Source of the DNA: Acidobacteriota bacterium
Lineage (GTDB): Bacteria > Acidobacteriota > UBA6911 > JACQSX01
Assembly: GCA_036507075.1 (NCBI GenBank)
Contig: DASXQR010000042.1
Location: 1 to 34,100 of the forward strand
Direction: 5' to 3'
Length of the DNA stretch: 34,100 nt
Part shown: one piece after another, positions 18,123 to 28,229 of the stretch
How the letters are laid out: each line of letters begins with the position of its first letter
How positions within the stretch are numbered: the first letter of the stretch is position 1
Notes under the pieces: model-generated
Told to the model about the DNA's origin: nothing
The model's database searches: none
Seen by the model: only the letters and a program-made list of their open reading frames with translations
Program-made: the position numbers and the translations under genes

Positions 18123-20036
18123 TTACGCCGGTGACGGCTTCTCCTTGGGCTTGATAAGCTGGGGCAGCGTCGATTTCTTGCCTTCGATCTTCTCGCGCGG
18201 TTCTTCTCTGCCCGGCTGTGCGGCGTCGCGTCTGGCTGCGATGCTCTCGCCTTTGAGAACCATTCGAATCTCTTCCGAATCGAGCGATTCAAACTCGATC
18301 AGGGCCTCCGCCAGACGGACCAGTTCATCGCGGTGCTGGCCGAGTAGTTCCTTGGCCAGCTGGTAACCGGTCATCACAATGCGTTTGACCTCTTCATCGA
18401 TCTTGATTGCCGTTTCTTCGCTGTAATCCTGATGCTGCGCGATCTCGCGTCCCAGGAAGATCTGTTCTTCCTTCTTACCGAAGGTGAGAGGGCCCATGGC
18501 CTCGCTCATGCCCCATTCGCATACCATTCTCCGGGCGCGCTCGGTGACGCGCTCCAGATCATTGGCGGCTCCGGTGGTGCAGCTCCCCAGGAAGATTTCT
18601 TCGGCAGCGCGTCCTGCCAGCAGGATGGCAACTGAAGCCTCCATATATTCCTTCGAGTAGTTGTACTTTTCGTCCTCGGGAAGCTGCATGGTCACGCCCA
18701 GCGCGCGGCCGCGGGGGATGATGGTCACTTTGTGGAGCGGATCCGCGTGGGGGAGCAGATGTGCCACCAGAGCGTGCCCTGCTTCGTGGTACGCGGTGAT
18801 GCGCTTCTCCTTTTCCGTGAGGATCAGAGATTTTCTCTCCTTACCCATGAGGACCTTGTCTTTGGCTTCCTCAAAATCAGTCATGTTGACCGACTTCTTG
18901 TTGTAACGCGCCGCGTTCAGCGCAGCCTCATTGACCAGGTTGGCGAGCTGGGCGCCGGAAAAACCGGGAGTACCGCGCGCCAGCACTTCGAGCTGCACGT
19001 CTTCGGCCAGCGGAATCTTCCGAGTGTGGACTTTCAGGATGCCTTCGCGTCCCTTGATGTCGGGCAGATTCACAACCACCTGGCGATCGAAGCGCCCCGG
19101 CCGCAGCAGCGCGGGATCCAGGACATCGGGACGGTTTGTGGCGGCAATCAAAATCACTCCGTCATTGGATTCGAAACCATCCATCTCCACCAGCAACTGG
19201 TTCAAAGTCTGTTCGCGCTCGTCGTGACCGCCGCCCAGACCGGCGCCGCGGTGGCGGCCCACTGCGTCAATCTCATCGATAAAGATGATGCAGGGAGCAT
19301 TCTTTTTTCCCTGTTCGAACAGGTCGCGGACGCGGGAGGCGCCCACGCCGACAAACATCTCCACGAAATCAGAACCGGAGATGGAGAAGAACGGAACGTT
19401 GGCTTCACCGGCGATGGCGCGCGCCAGCAGCGTCTTGCCGGTGCCCGGGGGTCCCATCAGCAAAACACCTTTGGGAATGCGCCCGCCCAGCTTTTGAAAC
19501 TTCTGGGGCTCCTTGAGAAATTCGACGATTTCCTGCAGCTCTTCCTTGGCTTCTTCAATTCCGGCGACGTCCTTGAAGGTGACGCGCTTCTGCTGGTTGG
19601 ACGAAAGTTTGGCGCGGCTCTTGCCGAATGAAAGGGCTTTATTGCCGCCGCTCTGCATCTGCCGCATCAGAAAAATCCAGAAGCCGATGAAGAGAATGAT
19701 CGGGAACCAGGAACTGAGCGCGTAAACCCAGATTCCCTGATCGGTGTCGTTGACTGTCACCTTGGCCCCGTTGGCCTCCAGGATACCGGCTACGTCAGCC
19801 GGGTTGTTGGGCAGCAGCGTTTTGAATTTCTTGCCTGTGTCCTTGAACTCTCCCTCTACCTTGTTCCCGGTAATGCTGACTTCTTTGATCTGTTTGCCCC
19901 GCGCGGCGGCCATAAAATCGGTGTAGGCCAGAGACTGAGCATTGCCGCTACGCACACTGTTGAGGAAATTCCACAGCACCACGACGGCTACGATGATGAC
20001 GATCCAAAGAAAAATGTTTTTTGCGGTTGCGTTCAA
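18123..20036 (-). CDS. ftsH: ATP-dependent zinc metalloprotease FtsH
   Basis: Two TM segments, [39 protein letters not shown] before the TTG start. Confidence 0.98.
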   Translation of the reverse strand: MNATAKNIFLWIVIIVAVVVLWNFLNSVRSGNAQSLAYTDFMAAARGKQIKEVSITGNKVEGEFKDTGKKFKTLLPNNPADVAGILEANGAKVTVNDTDQGIWVYALSSWFPIILFIGFWIFLMRQMQSGGNKALSFGKSRAKLSSNQQKRVTFKDVAGIEEAKEELQEIVEFLKEPQKFQKLGGRIPKGVLLMGPPGTGKTLLARAIAGEANVPFFSISGSDFVEMFVGVGASRVRDLFEQGKKNAPCIIFIDEIDAVGRHRGAGLGGGHDEREQTLNQLLVEMDGFESNDGVILIAATNRPDVLDPALLRPGRFDRQVVVNLPDIKGREGILKVHTRKIPLAEDVQLEVLARGTPGFSGAQLANLVNEAALNAARYNKKSVNMTDFEEAKDKVLMGKERKSLILTEKEKRITAYHEAGHALVAHLLPHADPLHKVTIIPRGRALGVTMQLPEDEKYNYSKEYMEASVAILLAGRAAEEIFLGSCTTGAANDLERVTERARRMVCEWGMSEAMGPLTFGKKEEQIFLGREIAQHQDYSEETAIKIDEEVKRIVMTGYQLAKELLGQHRDELVRLAEALIEFESLDSEEIRMVLKGESIAARRDAAQPGREEPREKIEGKKSTLPQLIKPKEKPSPA

Positions 20037-20204
20037 AAAGAACCTCCAAAAACTCTACTAACTCGCAATTCAATTATAGGTTACCGGACGCTCATTCCCA
20101 AGCTAGTAATGGGCCTCACAACATCTATTTCTTAGATTCCAGCAGCCTGGGAAAAGTTTCATTGCCGGGATTCTTTGGAAGAGCCAAGAATTTGTCGCAT
20201 GAGC

Positions 20205-20361
20205 AGGGGAAGGGTTTAGAATCAACAGCCGAGCCGCGCGCGTAAGCAAGCGCACCCTGCCAGGAACAATTACCACCTCAAATTGATTAGAAAGTGCTAA
20301 ATCGAGGGTCCGCTTGCTTACGCGCGCGGTTCGGCTGATGGATCCAAACCCTTACTCCCCC
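20205..20361. repeat. REP-like inverted doublet
   Basis: cagccgagccgcgcgcgtaagcaagcg (20226-20252) vs 20311-20337, 26/27 complementary; flanks aggggaagggttt / aaacccttactcccct extend the stem. Confidence 0.85.
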
Positions 20362-20404
20362 TTCCTTCCCCTTCTTTCATAACCCTTCATAACCCGGCCC
20401 TCCC

Positions 20405-21373
20405 CTACAATTTTTTGGATCGTACAGCCCCGAATCGCTGCTCGATCTCCCAACCGCCTGGAAGCAGCACTTTTTTCCCGCCCGCGTCGGGCGCCAGGAG
20501 TCTTCGCACTGCCTCTATATGGACAAAAGCGAGGCGCCGAAGGTTCCCGCGAACCGTGGAAAGAAAGAGTCGAATCGCTTCGCGCTGCTCGGCGACGGGA
20601 CAGTTCCTCAGATCCAGCGGCAGGAAAGCCCCGCCTTCATCCTGGCACACCCACCGGCGGCAATAATGCTGCCAGAAACGCTCCGTTTCACGTTCGATAT
20701 CGGCCAGCGTGGAGAGCCTTTTCACCACCGCCGAAGAATAGCGACTGCGCAGCAGGGGAAGGAGTTCGTGACGGATTCGATTGCGCATGTAATTGGAATC
20801 CCGGTTGGTGGCATCATCGCAGAAACCCTGGGCAAGCCCGCCGAGATAATCAAGGATGTCGGATCGCGCTGTTTCAATCAGTGGGCGGATCCAGCGTCCC
20901 TTGCGCGGGGCAATCCCGCCCAACCCAGTGGCTCCGCTGCCGCGCAACAGCTTCATCAGCACTGTTTCCGCCTGGTCGTCCAGCGTGTGGCCGGTGGCAA
21001 TGCGCTGGAACCGACCCTTTCGGGCGGTGGCCTGAAGAAAAGCGATCCGCCGCCGCCGCGCGACCTGCTCAAGATTTCCACCGCTCCGTGCCAGGATTGC
21101 GGGAATATCCGCCTCTGCCGAAAAAAAAGGAAGCTCGCGGCTGGAGGATAAATCGCGCACGAACTCAGCGTCCTCGTTCGAACGGGGGCGGATCTTATGA
21201 TCAAGGTGGGCCACTGACAGAACCAGGCCGAGGTCCCTTCGAAGATCGCACATAACGCGCAACAGCGCAACGCTGTCGGCTCCTCCGGAGACTGCCAGCA
21301 GTACGCGATCTCCTGGTTTCAGCAATTTGTGCCTGCGGATCGTGTTCAGGATCTGAGCGCGAAGGTCGACCAT
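20405..21373 (-). CDS. tilS: tRNA(Ile)-lysidine synthetase, short form
   Basis: [40 protein letters not shown]; 322 aa. Confidence 0.93.
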   Translation of the reverse strand: MVDLRAQILNTIRRHKLLKPGDRVLLAVSGGADSVALLRVMCDLRRDLGLVLSVAHLDHKIRPRSNEDAEFVRDLSSSRELPFFSAEADIPAILARSGGNLEQVARRRRIAFLQATARKGRFQRIATGHTLDDQAETVLMKLLRGSGATGLGGIAPRKGRWIRPLIETARSDILDYLGGLAQGFCDDATNRDSNYMRNRIRHELLPLLRSRYSSAVVKRLSTLADIERETERFWQHYCRRWVCQDEGGAFLPLDLRNCPVAEQREAIRLFLSTVRGNLRRLAFVHIEAVRRLLAPDAGGKKVLLPGGWEIEQRFGAVRSKKL

Positions 21374-21395
21374 GCCTTGTGATTACGCGTATAAT
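21366..21395 (+). promoter_or_regulatory. Putative promoter giving a leaderless serine acetyltransferase mRNA
   Basis: Perfect TATAAT at 21390-21395, 7 nt before ATG 21403; weak -35 TCGACC; no SD. Confidence 0.55.
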
Positions 21396-21402
21396 CTTGG
21401 CT

Positions 21403-22344
21403 ATGCCTGACGCCAAGGAAAGAATTCAGCTTCCCAATATAATTCAGGAGATTGTCGCCAGCTATAACGATGACGCTCCGGTAAACCGGTGCTTCGACGC
21501 GGGGCTGCCCACAGACAGCGACGTGATCGAGCTGCTCAAGACGTTACGTGCAGTGTTGTACGCCGGTTATTTTGGCCAGCACAGGATGGATAAGGATAAT
21601 GTCCGGTTCCACCTGGCCGACAGCGTGTACCTGCTGTACGAACGCCTGAGAGAACAGATTTACCGCAGTTTCCGGCATACCTGCGATCGCGCGGATTTTC
21701 CCACTTGCAACCACTGCCAGGACAGGGCCGAGAAGGCGGCAATCGATTTTCTGGCCTGCCTCCCGGATTTGCGGCGGCGATTGAGCCTGGACGTCCAGGC
21801 GGCCTGGGACGGCGATCCGGCGGCCAAGAGCTTCGACGAAATCATTTCATCGTATCCCGGATTTCACGGAATCACGATTTACCGTGTGGCGCACGAGTTG
21901 CATCGATTGGGGGTTCCACTGGTGCCTCGCATGATGACCGAGTATGCCCACAGCGTGACGGGGATTGATATCCATCCGGGAGCCCACGTCGGGGACAGTT
22001 TTTTTATCGATCATGGAACCGGCGTGGTCGTGGGCGAAACAACCATTATTGGCAACAACGTCAAGCTCTACCAGGGCGTCACTCTGGGCGCGCTGAGTTT
22101 CCCGAAGGACGAAAGGGGCAGGGTCATCCGCGGAGTCAAGCGGCACCCGACCATTGAAGACGATGTTGTTATTTACGCCGGCGCGACGATTCTAGGCGGC
22201 GACACGGTCATCGGCCGGGGATCCGTCATCGGGGGAAACGTCTGGGTCACGCAGTCTGTTCCTGCATTCACCAAGGTAACGCTGGCAACCCCCAAGATGA
22301 ACTATCAGGAAGCATCGTTGGGCAAGAAGCTGCGGGGCGTGTAG
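21403..22344 (+). CDS. cysE: Serine O-acetyltransferase (long N-terminus type)
   Basis: [44 protein letters not shown]. Confidence 0.92.
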   Translation: MPDAKERIQLPNIIQEIVASYNDDAPVNRCFDAGLPTDSDVIELLKTLRAVLYAGYFGQHRMDKDNVRFHLADSVYLLYERLREQIYRSFRHTCDRADFPTCNHCQDRAEKAAIDFLACLPDLRRRLSLDVQAAWDGDPAAKSFDEIISSYPGFHGITIYRVAHELHRLGVPLVPRMMTEYAHSVTGIDIHPGAHVGDSFFIDHGTGVVVGETTIIGNNVKLYQGVTLGALSFPKDERGRVIRGVKRHPTIEDDVVIYAGATILGGDTVIGRGSVIGGNVWVTQSVPAFTKVTLATPKMNYQEASLGKKLRGV

Positions 22345-22360
22345 GCCGGTCTCAGGTTTT

Positions 22361-22483
22361 CGGGTTCCGGGTTACGAGTTGAGCTGGCTTGGTGCCTTGG
22401 TGGTTCATTAATTGTTTACCACCAAGGCACCAAGGCACCAAGCCAGCTCAACCCGCCAACCCGGAACCCGCCAACCCGTAACC
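22361..22483. repeat. Composite palindrome: outer GGGTTAC-type units (family E), inner ACCAAGGC octamers (family F)
   Basis: cgggttccgggttacgagttgagctggcttggtgccttggtggt / accaccaaggcaccaaggcaccaagccagctcaacccgccaacccggaacccg. Confidence 0.88.
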
Positions 22484-22497
22484 AAACTACGCTCCGT

Positions 22498-22526
22498 TTG
22501 AAACTATCCACCTCAGGTGTTATCCT
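22498..22526 (+). promoter_or_regulatory. Putative ssrA promoter
   Basis: TTGAAA N17 TATCCT, with TG extended -10. Confidence 0.55.
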
Positions 22527-22560
22527 GAATACTTGTCAGGCTTTCTGCCAATTCACCAAC

Positions 22561-22911
22561 GGGGGCGAATTGGGTTCGACGGGAGTCGATGAGGCCGAGG
22601 ATGCATACCGAGGTGTCCGCTCACCTCGTTAAACAAGTGGAAATAAACACAACTGCTGACAATCAGTTAGCTTTAGCTGCTTAATTAATTAAGCGGCCGC
22701 TTTGCCCGTCTTGCCTGCGAGGCGGGGCCAAGGCGTCGAACAGCAGGCTGGCCGGTTTCCGCACCCCGTGGAATCGGCGAGACCAAGGGGTTAGTTGCGG
22801 CGGCTGTTTTGCCCGCTTTTGATCCGTCGCGGCGAATGTATAAAGCAGGCTAAGTATGTAGATTCCCAGGCGGAACACTTTCGGACGCGGGTTCAATTCC
22901 CGCCGCCTCCA
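22561..22911 (+). ncRNA. ssrA: tmRNA; tag (A)ADNQLALAA; CCA not encoded
   Basis: 5' GGGGGCGAATTGGGTTCGACGGG; tag ORF GCT GAC AAT CAG TTA GCT TTA GCT GCT TAA at 22655-22684; 3' GGACGCGGGTTCAATTCCCGCCGCCTCCA. Confidence 0.96.
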
Positions 22912-22917
22912 TTACAT

Positions 22918-22944
22918 CGGAATGCGGAAGGCAGAATGCGGAAT
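22918..22944. repeat. Orphan family A heptamer arm
   Basis: cggaatgcggaaggcagaatgcggaat just after the tmRNA 3' end. Confidence 0.65.
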
Positions 22945-22991
22945 CAGCGCTGTGATAGCGAGATTCGCGCCTGCGCGCCTTCGCGGTTACA

Positions 22992-24455
<1,464 letters not shown>

Positions 24456-24609
24456 GGCGCAGAATCCTTTGGTGGACCGCATAAGGTTAACGCCTCGCCT
24501 ATAATCTGGCAATGCGCTACCGCTTCTACACAAGGGAAATTCGATTGTGGCGGTTCGCGCGTCGGTGGTGAATCGGTGATGGTCAGCGAGGGGGGATCGA
24601 AATTCCAAG

Positions 24610-24705
24610 TTGAGCACGAATTTCACGAATTTAATTAACGCGAATTCCACGAAGTAATCAAAAGCTTTGTGAAATTCGTGAAATTCGTGTTAATTCGTGA
24701 TCCAA
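24610..24705. repeat. Palindrome with CACGAATTT / AAATTCGTG 9-mer arms (family C)
   Basis: ttgagcacgaatttcacgaattt...gtgaaattcgtgaaattcgtgttaattcgtgatccaa; same unit and GTGATCCAA end as at 5552-5597. Confidence 0.87.
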
Positions 24706-24706
24706 A

Positions 24707-24859
24707 TCAGAGACGTCCCATCAGGGCAAGTACAAGCACGATTATCAGAACCAGCCCCAAAACTCCACTGGGACCATAACCCCAACTTCTGCTGTGGGGC
24801 CATGCCGGAACGGCGCCCGCCAACAGAAGGATCAGTAGAATCAGCAATAACAATCCCAT
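24707..24859 (-). CDS. DUF3309-family small membrane protein (50 aa)
   Basis: Manual translation MGLLLLILLILLLAGAVPAWPHSRSWGYGPSGVLGLVLIIVLVLALMGRL; GGAGG RBS; below the ORF-track cutoff. Confidence 0.88.
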   Translation of the reverse strand: MGLLLLILLILLLAGAVPAWPHSRSWGYGPSGVLGLVLIIVLVLALMGRL

Positions 24860-24952
24860 CGTTGTCCTCCCGGAAAATTAGACGCTGTGATTTCCAGATC
24901 AGCGAACTGTGCCTGAGCACGAAAGCCCGCGCAGTCTTCATTGCGCTTCAGT

Positions 24953-25102
24953 CTAGGTGCAGCCTCTCAGTAAAAAAAGGATCAGCAATATCGGAATTGG
25001 AACGCCCAGCAGCCACAGGAGAATGTACCCGATTCTTCCTTCCGACCGTGTTTTGCCGAGGCTTTCGATTTCTGCTGTTTCGTTTTTCTTCACGAGATGC
25101 AT
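24953..25102 (-). CDS. Small membrane protein (46-49 aa) with C-terminal hydrophobic segment
   Basis: Manual translation MHLVKKNETAEIESLGKTRSEGRIGYILLWLLGVPIPILLILFLLRGCT; GAGGAG best placed for GTG 25093. Confidence 0.8.
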   Translation of the reverse strand: MHLVKKNETAEIESLGKTRSEGRIGYILLWLLGVPIPILLILFLLRGCT

Positions 25103-25212
25103 CTCCTCTTTCGCCTCTAATTTGAGGATAGCATGGAGATGCTAATGTAAATCAGGACAGGATTTTCCAATGGCAAGGGGAGGATGCGATACATGAGCCC
25201 GCTGCAAGAACG

Positions 25213-25468
25213 ATCACCACAAAGGTGCAGCCCGGCCGCAACCAAAAAGCCGTCGACGTTCACGAGCACGAGCACGTCAACGATCACGTCTTAGGTCTAC
25301 GAACACGACCACATACAACAGCCCTCAGTTCTGCGCGATCTGTGACGAACCGAGCGAAGTCGTAAACGTAATCGTGGACGTTGACGTGCACGTGTTCGCG
25401 AACGTCGACGGCTTTGAAAAACTTTGCCAAAAACAAGAAGTTGGTGTGCTTTGTGCCTTTGGGGTGAT
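25213..25468. repeat. Three-layer nested element: CACAAAG outer arms, CCGCAACCAAA cap, family G hexamer palindrome
   Basis: atcaccacaaagg (25213-25225) / cctttggggtgat (25456-25468); tgcagcccggccgcaaccaaa; inner aaagccgtcgacgttcacgagcacg / cgtgttcgcgaacgtcgacggcttt. Confidence 0.85.
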
Positions 25469-25795
25469 TCAAGCCGGCTTGCACCGGGTGCAGGAACATA
25501 AGTCGCGCAGGTGTTGAAAAGTGTAGATCCCGGTGCCGTGGCCGTCGCTCCACTGGATCTGGATTCCATAGCGTCCCACCAGTTGAATGCTGAGCGGGTG
25601 CACGTCTTGAGCAACTGATTCGGGTCGCAAGGTTTTTCTTCCGGTCATTTCCTCCACGCATCCGGCGCACGAGCAAGCCAGTCTCAGGCCGCGCGCCTCA
25701 TACACGCTTTCATGACCATCACTCCAGACAATCTTCACGTCATGTTTACCGGCGCGCGTGATTTCCTTCGGAATGATCGCAGAGTGTGTCGACAT
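25469..25795 (-). CDS. DUF971 / GBBH-like N-terminal domain protein
   Basis: IVWSDGH, LRLACSCAGC, VGRYGIQIQWSDGHGTGIYTF. Confidence 0.9.
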   Translation of the reverse strand: MSTHSAIIPKEITRAGKHDVKIVWSDGHESVYEARGLRLACSCAGCVEEMTGRKTLRPESVAQDVHPLSIQLVGRYGIQIQWSDGHGTGIYTFQHLRDLCSCTRCKPA

Positions 25796-25796
25796 A

Positions 25797-26012
25797 AGGT
25801 TACGGGTTGCGAGTTTTCGGGTTAGGGTTTACGGGTTACGAGTTGACGAGTTACGGGTTTTCAGGTTACGGGTTAACCGGTTACGGGCTTTCGTATCAGA
25901 GTTTACTGGTCAGCCCGTAACCCGTAACTCGTCAACCCGTAACTCGTCAACTCGTAACCCGTAAACCCGTAACCGTCAACTCGTCAACTCGCAACTCATC
26001 AACCCGCAACTT
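25797..26012. repeat. Family E palindrome (GGGTTAC / GAGTTGAC units) filling the mrp-DUF971 gap
   Basis: Left arm 25797-25889, 22-nt loop, right arm 25912-26012 (GTAACCC / GTCAACTC units). Confidence 0.92.
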
Positions 26013-26014
26013 CA

Positions 26015-27121
26015 CTAAAAGCTCACCTTGATCCCCTGGTGGATTTCTCCCTTGAGCGCCGCAATACTGATCTGCGCGGCCAGATTCTCCGCCACATGAA
26101 TGAAGGCTTGCGCCATAGGAGATTCAGGGTGATCGATGATCTCGGGGCGTCCGCTGTCCGATGTGGATCGAATAGAAGTAGCCAGCGGGATCTTCCCCAG
26201 GAAGGGAATGTCGAGTCGTTCCGCCGCCCGTTCGGCGCCTCCTGTGCCAAAAACCTCTTCTCTTTTGCCGCAGTGCCCGCAGACAAAATAACTCATATTC
26301 TCAATCATGCCCAGGATTGGAGTATTCAGTTTTCGAAACATGGTAATTGCCTTCTGGGCAACCTTGATGGCAACGTCCTGCGGCGTGGAAACGATCACCG
26401 CTCCGGCCAGCGAAATTTTTTGACAGAGACTGAGCTGAATGTCTCCGGTTCCGGGAGGCAGGTCGACAATCATGTAATCCAGTTCGCCCCATTGCACCAT
26501 GCCCAGGAACTGATCGAGCAACTTGTTAAGCATCGGTCCCCGCCAGATTACGGCGTCCTCTTCACTGATGAAGAATCCGGCGGAAATAACCTTCAGCCCG
26601 TATTGTTCTACCGGTATCAGAAGATTCTTTTCCGTGACTGCGGGACGCGCCTTGATCCCCAGGATCACCGGGATGCTTGGACCATAGATGTCTGCGTCCA
26701 GCAACCCGACGCTCGCGCCGGAGCGTTGCAGGGCCAGCGCAATATTAGCGCTGACCGTTGACTTTCCCACCCCGCCTTTTCCGCTTGCCACGGCGATGGT
26801 ATTTTTCACACCCTCGAGAAAGGGCGAGGCGCCGGAAGCGGCCGTTGAGCGGACCTGGGCGGTCATGTTGACATTGGCCTGTTTAATTCCGGGAAGAGCC
26901 GAGATAAGCTGGCGTGCCTGCTCCTTCATCTGATCTTTTACAGGACAGGCGGGGGTGGTAAGTTCGATTGTCACATCGGCAATACCTTCCGCGACTGTGA
27001 CGTCCTTTACAAACCCGAGCGACACGATATCCCTGCCGAGGTCCGGGTCCCTGACGGTTGCGAGAGCTTCCAGTATCTGTTGTTCCAGTTGTTGTTGTCG
27101 TTCAGGCATTGATGCATGCAC
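26015..27121 (-). CDS. mrp: Mrp/ApbC/NBP35 Fe-S cluster carrier ATPase with N-terminal DUF59 domain
   Basis: DPDLGRDIVSLG, TTPACP, SGKGGVGKST, DADIYGPSIP, DLPPGTGD, ENMSYFVCGHC. Confidence 0.94.
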   Translation of the reverse strand: MHASMPERQQQLEQQILEALATVRDPDLGRDIVSLGFVKDVTVAEGIADVTIELTTPACPVKDQMKEQARQLISALPGIKQANVNMTAQVRSTAASGASPFLEGVKNTIAVASGKGGVGKSTVSANIALALQRSGASVGLLDADIYGPSIPVILGIKARPAVTEKNLLIPVEQYGLKVISAGFFISEEDAVIWRGPMLNKLLDQFLGMVQWGELDYMIVDLPPGTGDIQLSLCQKISLAGAVIVSTPQDVAIKVAQKAITMFRKLNTPILGMIENMSYFVCGHCGKREEVFGTGGAERAAERLDIPFLGKIPLATSIRSTSDSGRPEIIDHPESPMAQAFIHVAENLAAQISIAALKGEIHQGIKVSF

Positions 27122-27194
27122 CCCTGAGAAACATTCAGGTTACGTCCGGCGAAATACGAAAGTCAAACTGTGATCGTTGACTTGAACGGTTTTG

Positions 27195-27284
27195 AAAAAC
27201 TTTAACCGCGAAGAGCGCCAAGAGCGCCAAGAATAGCGGGGTCGCTATCTTTGCGCTCTTGGCGTTCTTTGCGGTGAAGTTTTT
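27195..27284. repeat. Palindrome with CGCCAAGAG 9-mer arms (family H)
   Basis: aaaaactttaaccgcgaagagcgccaagagcgccaagaatagcg / cgctatctttgcgctcttggcgttctttgcggtgaagttttt. Confidence 0.85.
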
Positions 27285-27352
27285 GACCTGGCCAAGATTT
27301 CTTGAATTTTCAATTTTGCCTGTGGTGGAATCAGCGGAAAAGGAGCTATTCG

Positions 27353-27586
27353 ATGAGCGACGAAATCATAGTGAATGACAATGGACCATTGCGTGTCACA
27401 GGCGAGAAGATCATCCTGAAAGATGCCCGGGGAAATGTTTACGATCTGGCGGGCCGCACCACCATCTCTCTTTGCCGTTGTGGTCACTCCGCCAACAAAC
27501 CTTTCTGTGACGGCAGCCATAAAACAGTGGGCTTCCAATCGGTCGTCACAGCCACCACCCTTCCGCCCCCGAAGCCTAAAATCTGA
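27353..27586 (+). CDS. CDGSH iron-sulfur domain protein
   Basis: NGPL...SLCRCGHSANKPFCDGSH; AAGGAG RBS before ATG 27353. Confidence 0.92.
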   Translation: MSDEIIVNDNGPLRVTGEKIILKDARGNVYDLAGRTTISLCRCGHSANKPFCDGSHKTVGFQSVVTATTLPPPKPKI

Positions 27587-27836
27587 AAACCCGTAACCCC
27601 GCTAAGCCACCCGTCAGTAGTGCACACGAAGCTGGGGCAAAACAAAGTCGGGAGTGGGGATCACTGCGCGCAAACTCGCGAGCCTTTGCCTGATTGTTAA
27701 GTCGCTGGGCGTAAATTTTTTTAGCGCCACGTTAATAAATGTCGGATTACCCCGTCTAATAGTCAGAATAAAAACAACTTTGGGTCATTATTGTGATCCC
27801 CTGTGCTAGAGTAAACCTTCAAGTTGGGAGACGGAT

Positions 27837-27896
27837 ATGCTGGAATGGATGATAGTGATACTGCTGATTTTGGTTATCCTGATTTTCTTCTTCTGA
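27837..27896 (+). CDS. Putative 19-aa hydrophobic peptide MLEWMIVILLILVILIFFF
   Basis: GGGAG RBS 6 nt upstream; TGcTAGAGT extended -10 at 27804-27812; single TM-like composition. Confidence 0.55.
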   Translation: MLEWMIVILLILVILIFFF

Positions 27897-27917
27897 TTCG
27901 CGCACCAAGGGAACCTG

Positions 27918-28142
27918 GGTACCGCGCCGCCAGGCCACACGGGGCCAGTCCAGGCGGCTCCACGAATGTCAGTACCGCGGGCGTGAGCCCGCGCGGGGTG
28001 ACTCTGGACGGTTCCACCAATGTCAGTACCGCCGGCGTCAGCCGGCGCCGTTATTCGGACGCAAGCAATTGATGCAGCGCCCAATTCCCGCCAGAGTCTA
28101 GCTGTTTTGACCTGGCTTACGCGCGCTGACGCCCGCGGCACT
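27918..28142. repeat. REP-like cluster of AGTACCGC(G/C)GGCGT(G/C)AGCC(C/G)GCG units
   Basis: Direct units at 27971 and 28025 (54-nt period), a decayed unit at 27918, and an inverted unit ending at 28142. Confidence 0.8.
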
Positions 28143-28163
28143 ACGGACAACGGACCACTGACA
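28143..28163. repeat. Orphan family B right arm
   Basis: acggacaacggaccactgaca upstream of the imuA promoter. Confidence 0.6.
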
Positions 28164-28179
28164 AATTTCTATTTCCCCC

Positions 28180-28229
28180 TTGGCAAAACCTAAAAAACCT
28201 TGCTATTATAGGTGAAAAAAAGGTGAAAA
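28180..28229 (+). promoter_or_regulatory. imuA promoter with candidate SOS operator (11-bp-period direct repeat)
   Basis: TTGGCA (28180) N18 TATTAT (28204) with TG extension; AGGTGAAAAAA-AGGTGAAAA at 28210-28229 overlaps the predicted +1 and the RBS. Confidence 0.6.

Noticed and set aside
24690..24941. 83-aa minus-strand ORF
   Set aside because: Overlaps, in another frame, the DUF3309 ORF, which has a strong RBS and a recognisable motif.
25284..25964. ORFs with VHVNVHDY / TRNSSTRN repeats
   Set aside because: Readings of hexamer and heptamer arms or alternative frames of DUF971.
25795..26017. Mrp-DUF971 fusion by readthrough or frameshift
   Set aside because: mrp ends with a normal stop, DUF971 has its own ATG in a different frame, and no slippery site is evident.
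27918..28050. 54-nt periodic repeats as a CRISPR array
   Set aside because: Only 2-3 divergent units, similar spacers, an inverted closing copy and no cas genes; REP-like instead.
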